Assembly (NCBI GenBank): GCA_002269645.1
Contig: NIVC01002770.1
Location: forward strand, 62,001 to 126,000
Source of the DNA: Macrostomum lignano
Taxonomy: Eukaryota
Reading direction: 5' to 3'
DNA length: 64,000 nt
In this document: positions 59,772 through 64,000 of the stretch, one piece after another
Numbering within the stretch: the stretch's first letter is position 1
Layout: the number at the start of each line of letters is the position of its first letter
Position numbers and translations under genes: made by a program
The notes under the pieces: model-generated
Told to the model about the DNA's origin: nothing
Database searches by the model: none
The model's input: the letters and a program-made list of their open reading frames with translations, nothing else

Positions 59772-62059
59772 CTAGGAACTACTTAAGAAAATTAGCAGTA
59801 GTATGTAGCGCATGTTAAATATCAATATTTAATGAAATATATACTCAGTAACATGTTAAAGTTTCCACCGAAACCGGTGGTCAAATTTTCCCAGAGCTCA
59901 GTCCCAAGTGACGCAATCCGCGGTTCGCGTCTCAACTGTGGGCGATGCAATTTGCGTTACAAGGCCTCAGCTGGTGGTGAGAGAGTGGAGATCTATGGCT
60001 CTTGGATTAAAGCGGCCACTTTTTAATGTACGGATTAACCCAGTTGATGCTTATTTCTGGGTCTAATTTGTACTTGTAGTTCTAAGTTGCTACGAGTAAA
60101 ACATGTACGCTCGCATCTGGTAAGAACTATCCTGCAATGTACTTTTATTCCAACTTGTACGTACACAATTCGAAATAGAATATGTAAATAAATCTATGCA
60201 TGGAATCAGCCTGGCTGCCTCGCCGCTGTTTAAGAGTGAAAGAAAGGCTTCGGCCCTATAAGCCGACAGAGCACGATACGCGTCCTTGACTGCTCAGCTC
60301 GTTTCTCATCTGGCGCCTGGCTTTAGCTCCCTGGGGTCGTCAAGCTCAGCTTCAGCTCAGCCTGAACACTGCGCAGTAAATGAGCAGTTCAGCTCCCTGC
60401 TTACTGAGGACTCTGGTAGTTAGTCGGAGCAGATCCCATTTCGTGGGATATTTTAAAATTAGGACTAACTACTATGCAGAGAGCAGTTGTACTTGTCTAA
60501 CAGAGTTGCTGACAACTAGGAGCGATGCCACTCAGAACAACAAAGCAACATACGGGTTGGGCAGGACTCCCCACCGCAACCATGCTCCAACTCTTTATCC
60601 TGTCCCCAATGAGTCATCGCTCATCAGCATTCTCCCATTTGGGACCAGACAGTTTCAGGCCCGGCTGGCACGTGGGGATTTTTTACTTTGCTGGGAGATT
60701 TTATCGCTCTGCTCCTCAACTTCAGGCGCTTTCCGATCTCCCACCCCCTCTGTCTGGAACTGGTCTTTGTTCCTTGTCCCCAGAAAATCCCCTACCCTCC
60801 ACCCTGAGCACTACCCAGGTTTCTGCTGCCAACGCTGCATTGCCCTGTTCAAAGCCAAGAGTAGAAAAAAAACCGCATTTCATTGTGCTCAGACACTTTT
60901 TGCTAGCCCCTGCGCCGCCAAAATTAGACTAGCAAGCCCACTCGCTTCCCCCTTGGCTTTAGAGATCCCAGCGAGTCACAGCGGGGGCGTGGGTTCCCGA
61001 CAAGGAGGCCAAACCCCCCTCATTTATAGACAACTTTAGGCTGGACTGCAGTTTTAATAATTTTCTCATTTTTAAGACTTCTACAATTTTTTGTTCACGT
61101 TAATCCTTGACCGATTGACCGGATTAAGCTTACAAGCATCGGTCCAGCCTACAGTTGTCTGCAACTCCAGTTTCTGTTTCTAGGCCTCCTTGGTTCTGAG
61201 CACGGCCGCCTGGGAAGAGAGGGTCGGTCGGTTCCCCAGCCGCATCAATGATTCATCCGCTGCGGCACACATGATGGGGATGGATGCTGGCTCTGTGTTA
61301 TTGTTACTGCCGCAGCGCTCTCAGCCCTCTGCGACACATTAATGCAGGGCCGAACCACCCCGCCTCCTAGCCTCATCCCCTATCAGCCGTTGCGCATTTT
61401 GATCCTCACAAAATAGATATCTTTTTGTATTTGCTTTGATTCCTAGTTCGTACGTACCTGCATATGCAGTTAATTTCGTTCCAGTTCAATATGTGAGCCC
61501 ACTAATACGCGGCAACAGTGGGACTGACTGTCTCAGCAATGCGTGCACTTCTGGTCGCTGGTACCATCTTTCTCACTAGTTCGGCCTTCTTATTGAGTTG
61601 AAATTGGACTCTGTCTCTCTCCCTCCTCTAGTATGTGCCGTGGCTAAGTCGAAATGTTCTAGTGCTCTCAAACAGTCTAGTGCGGGAGCTGCTGGCTCCA
61701 TCGGTCACTTTCGCACCCCAATCCCATCTGTCTGCGCGTACTATATTTGCTACCCTAGTGAAGTTGACCTTGAGAATGCATTTCGGATGACTCAACACAC
61801 TGGGGTTGGTTTTAGGACACCGCTGCAATCAAACTGCATCTCTGCTGCCCGCCCCCAAAACTGACTGTTTTGCTGTTGACAAATTGTCCGAAATGGCCGG
61901 CTATTATGAATGAAATGCTGATCATGAAGTGAAGTCCTGATTCTGTTGCAGAGCAGTGAGCAAATATTGCACTGCTTCATCCTGTTCTCGAATTGGATTG
62001 ACTTTCTCCACTTTCTCAAACCGGTACCAGCCAAGAACACGGCTATACCACCCCTAATA

Positions 62060-62235
62060 AATAGATATTCATAGCAAGGTTGTGGGCACCCTGTCGTAAC
62101 GCCTTTTGGCGACACATGGTCCCGCAACCAGCGCTGACGGCAATTCTGCCAATTCTGCCCATTCCTACAATCGCATACAAAAGCGCCAATACGCACTCAT
62201 ACTTGTGAATCGCAAGACGGCCAAATGAATGTGAA
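62060..62235 (-). mobile_element. SINE-like family 2, internally deleted copy E
   Basis: Shares CATTCATTTGG...GCGATTCAC and GAATGGGCAGAATTGCCGTCAGCGCTGG...GTGTCGCCAAA with the other copies. Confidence 0.7.
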
Positions 62236-63754
62236 GTTGAAAAATTAGCCTCCTTGAAATGCCAGCATCAGCCACTCTAGCGAGTGAGATGCAGCAGTAC
62301 AATGCTAGATTCGAAGGATTTTTAACTGTTTAAAAACAGGCAGGAACAGACAGCGGTTCCTGATTTGACTGCGGCTTCGAGAGTCCGTGTCAACACGGAA
62401 AGTCACGCAGCCGAGGCCAGTGTTTGGCCTCCCTTATTTCAGGGTGTCCCGGAGGCTGCAGTTCTCGGAAATTTGCAATTCTGTAAGTCCCTCTGCTGGA
62501 AATTGACGCTTACGAATTTCATGGCCAACCCGCCACCATCAAGTCCGCTGATTCTGTTGGACTGGCGGGGGTTGCTGCACACGAGGTCCCCGGCCTGCGG
62601 CTGACCTTGGCTGACTTGGGGCGGGTGAGGCTCTTAAAAGCCAGCTGCTAAGCCCGAATCCCCCCTAGCGACTTCTGGGAGGTCGGCGGTCGGCAGCTGA
62701 CTTGGAATTGTCACTGAGGGGGGGGCGAGCTGACAGCTGACATTGGCGGTCCAGCGTGTGCAGCCATGAAGGGGATAGCTAAAAAAATTCTTTATCGTTT
62801 TGACTTCATTTTTTTCGTCCCGGTCTGTTGTGACTGCGCGTGTCGCTGCTGTGTGTGTTTTTACTCAGACTCCGGTTGCACAACACAATTTCGCGTGCCT
62901 TCGATGTTCAAATTTTGCCTGTCTCTGGCGGAGGTGCTGCGATTTAAGGAAGCTCTGTTGGATTCTTTGGAGAGCGAACTCGTTATTGCGCATAGAATTT
63001 TGAGGGCTCCCCGAATGCTGCTGCTGCAGCTTGAGGAGCGGATGGAAGAAGAGGCGGAAGGGGATGAAGCATTCAATTTATTTTTCTTCTGCTCCCGCTG
63101 CCTCGCAGCTTGGCCCTTTCCTAACAGGGTTAGCCATTCGCTTGGGGATTTGAAAATCCCAATTGGGTCTTGGGAGGCGTATAGCGTAACTCCCCGCAGG
63201 CTATTGTATACTTTATAGCTATTGGCACGAGGTTGCGTCATACTCTCTGGCCGCATTGAGAGAGAGATGGACAGGGCCTGGATGGCTGGCTGAAGTCACT
63301 TTGAATCGATAATTTCTCATCTGCGCGGATTCTGAATAAATCTCGGGATATAGCTCGAGCTGGGGAATCCCAGCGAATATTGGATGAAGTTCGAGGCATC
63401 TGTAGGCCGCTGAAAATTAGACCGGGGTGGGGGCGGGTTGGTGTTGAGCTGTCGGCAATTCTCTTAGCCTTGACAAGTTTCGAAATTGCTGAATTCATTT
63501 TTGTCCCAATTGGGACAGCGGTCGCAATTCACCGCTGTCGCAAGCTATTAGGGTTGAGGGATTTCTCAACAGAACTTCGGCTGATGCGATTCCTGTCTCT
63601 CCATCTCAGTGCTAACTGCGGTCTGAAGTCTTCTCTATTGAGTTTTCACTGTTCTTTAGAAACAATACTGACCTTCATGCAACAAAGGACCTGAACTCGA
63701 ATCCCTATGGCAAAAGAATCTGGTTTTACCTGCCGCTGCTATTTGACTTATAAG

Positions 63755-64000
63755 GCTTATGAAATGTCGAGGCTTACGGGGGATTTCTGAGATGTCGAGG
63801 CTTACAGGGGATTTCTGAGATATCGAGGCTTGTGGGGGATTTCTGAGATGTCGAGGCTTGTGGGGGGAATTGCTGAGATGTCAAGGCTTACGGGGGATTG
63901 CTGAGATGTCAGGCTTACGGGGGATTGCTGAGATGTCAAGGCTTACGGGGGAATTGCTGAGATGTCAAGGCTTACGGGGGAATTGCTGAGATATCAAGGC
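63755..64000. repeat. 28-30-bp minisatellite (GAGATGTCRAGGCTTACGGGGGRATTKCT)n running off the window end
   Basis: About 8 visible units. Confidence 0.93.

Noticed and set aside
60380-63694. ORFs 60380-61039(+), 62766-63218(+), 62861-63256(-) and 63238-63498(-)
   Set aside because: No domain signatures, overlapping frames on both strands, and no consistent exon chain could be built.

Overview
Eukaryotic (metazoan) genomic window with spliceosomal introns, GC-rich exons and dense repeats. The style suggests a free-living flatworm such as Macrostomum (inference only). Well-supported genes: a 3-exon IQCH homolog (8842-12369,+); a divergent 2-exon Na+/K+-ATPase beta-subunit-like gene (13142-14428,-); a 14-exon SGSM1/2 (RUN-PH-TBC Rab-GAP) homolog of about 1139 aa (16813-37955,+), reconstructed with all intron phases consistent; and an intronless class A GPCR (46172-47467,+). 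Weaker candidates: an Rdx/MIEN1-fold-like ORF, a 336-aa orphan gene, and a small membrane-protein gene head-to-head with IQCH. Mobile elements: a decayed 5'-truncated LINE; two hAT-type MITEs with 8-bp TSDs; a non-autonomous Helitron-like element made mostly of a 17/18-bp minisatellite and interrupted by an 899-bp solo LTR; a second ~2.2-kb solo LTR containing a full-length decayed mariner; and two SINE-like families. Most SGSM introns carry their own tandem repeat. The most striking observation lies in the inferred U5 of the first solo LTR: five copies of one bulged stem-loop whose lower-stem sequence differs between copies while staying base-paired. No prokaryotic features or CRISPR arrays were found.
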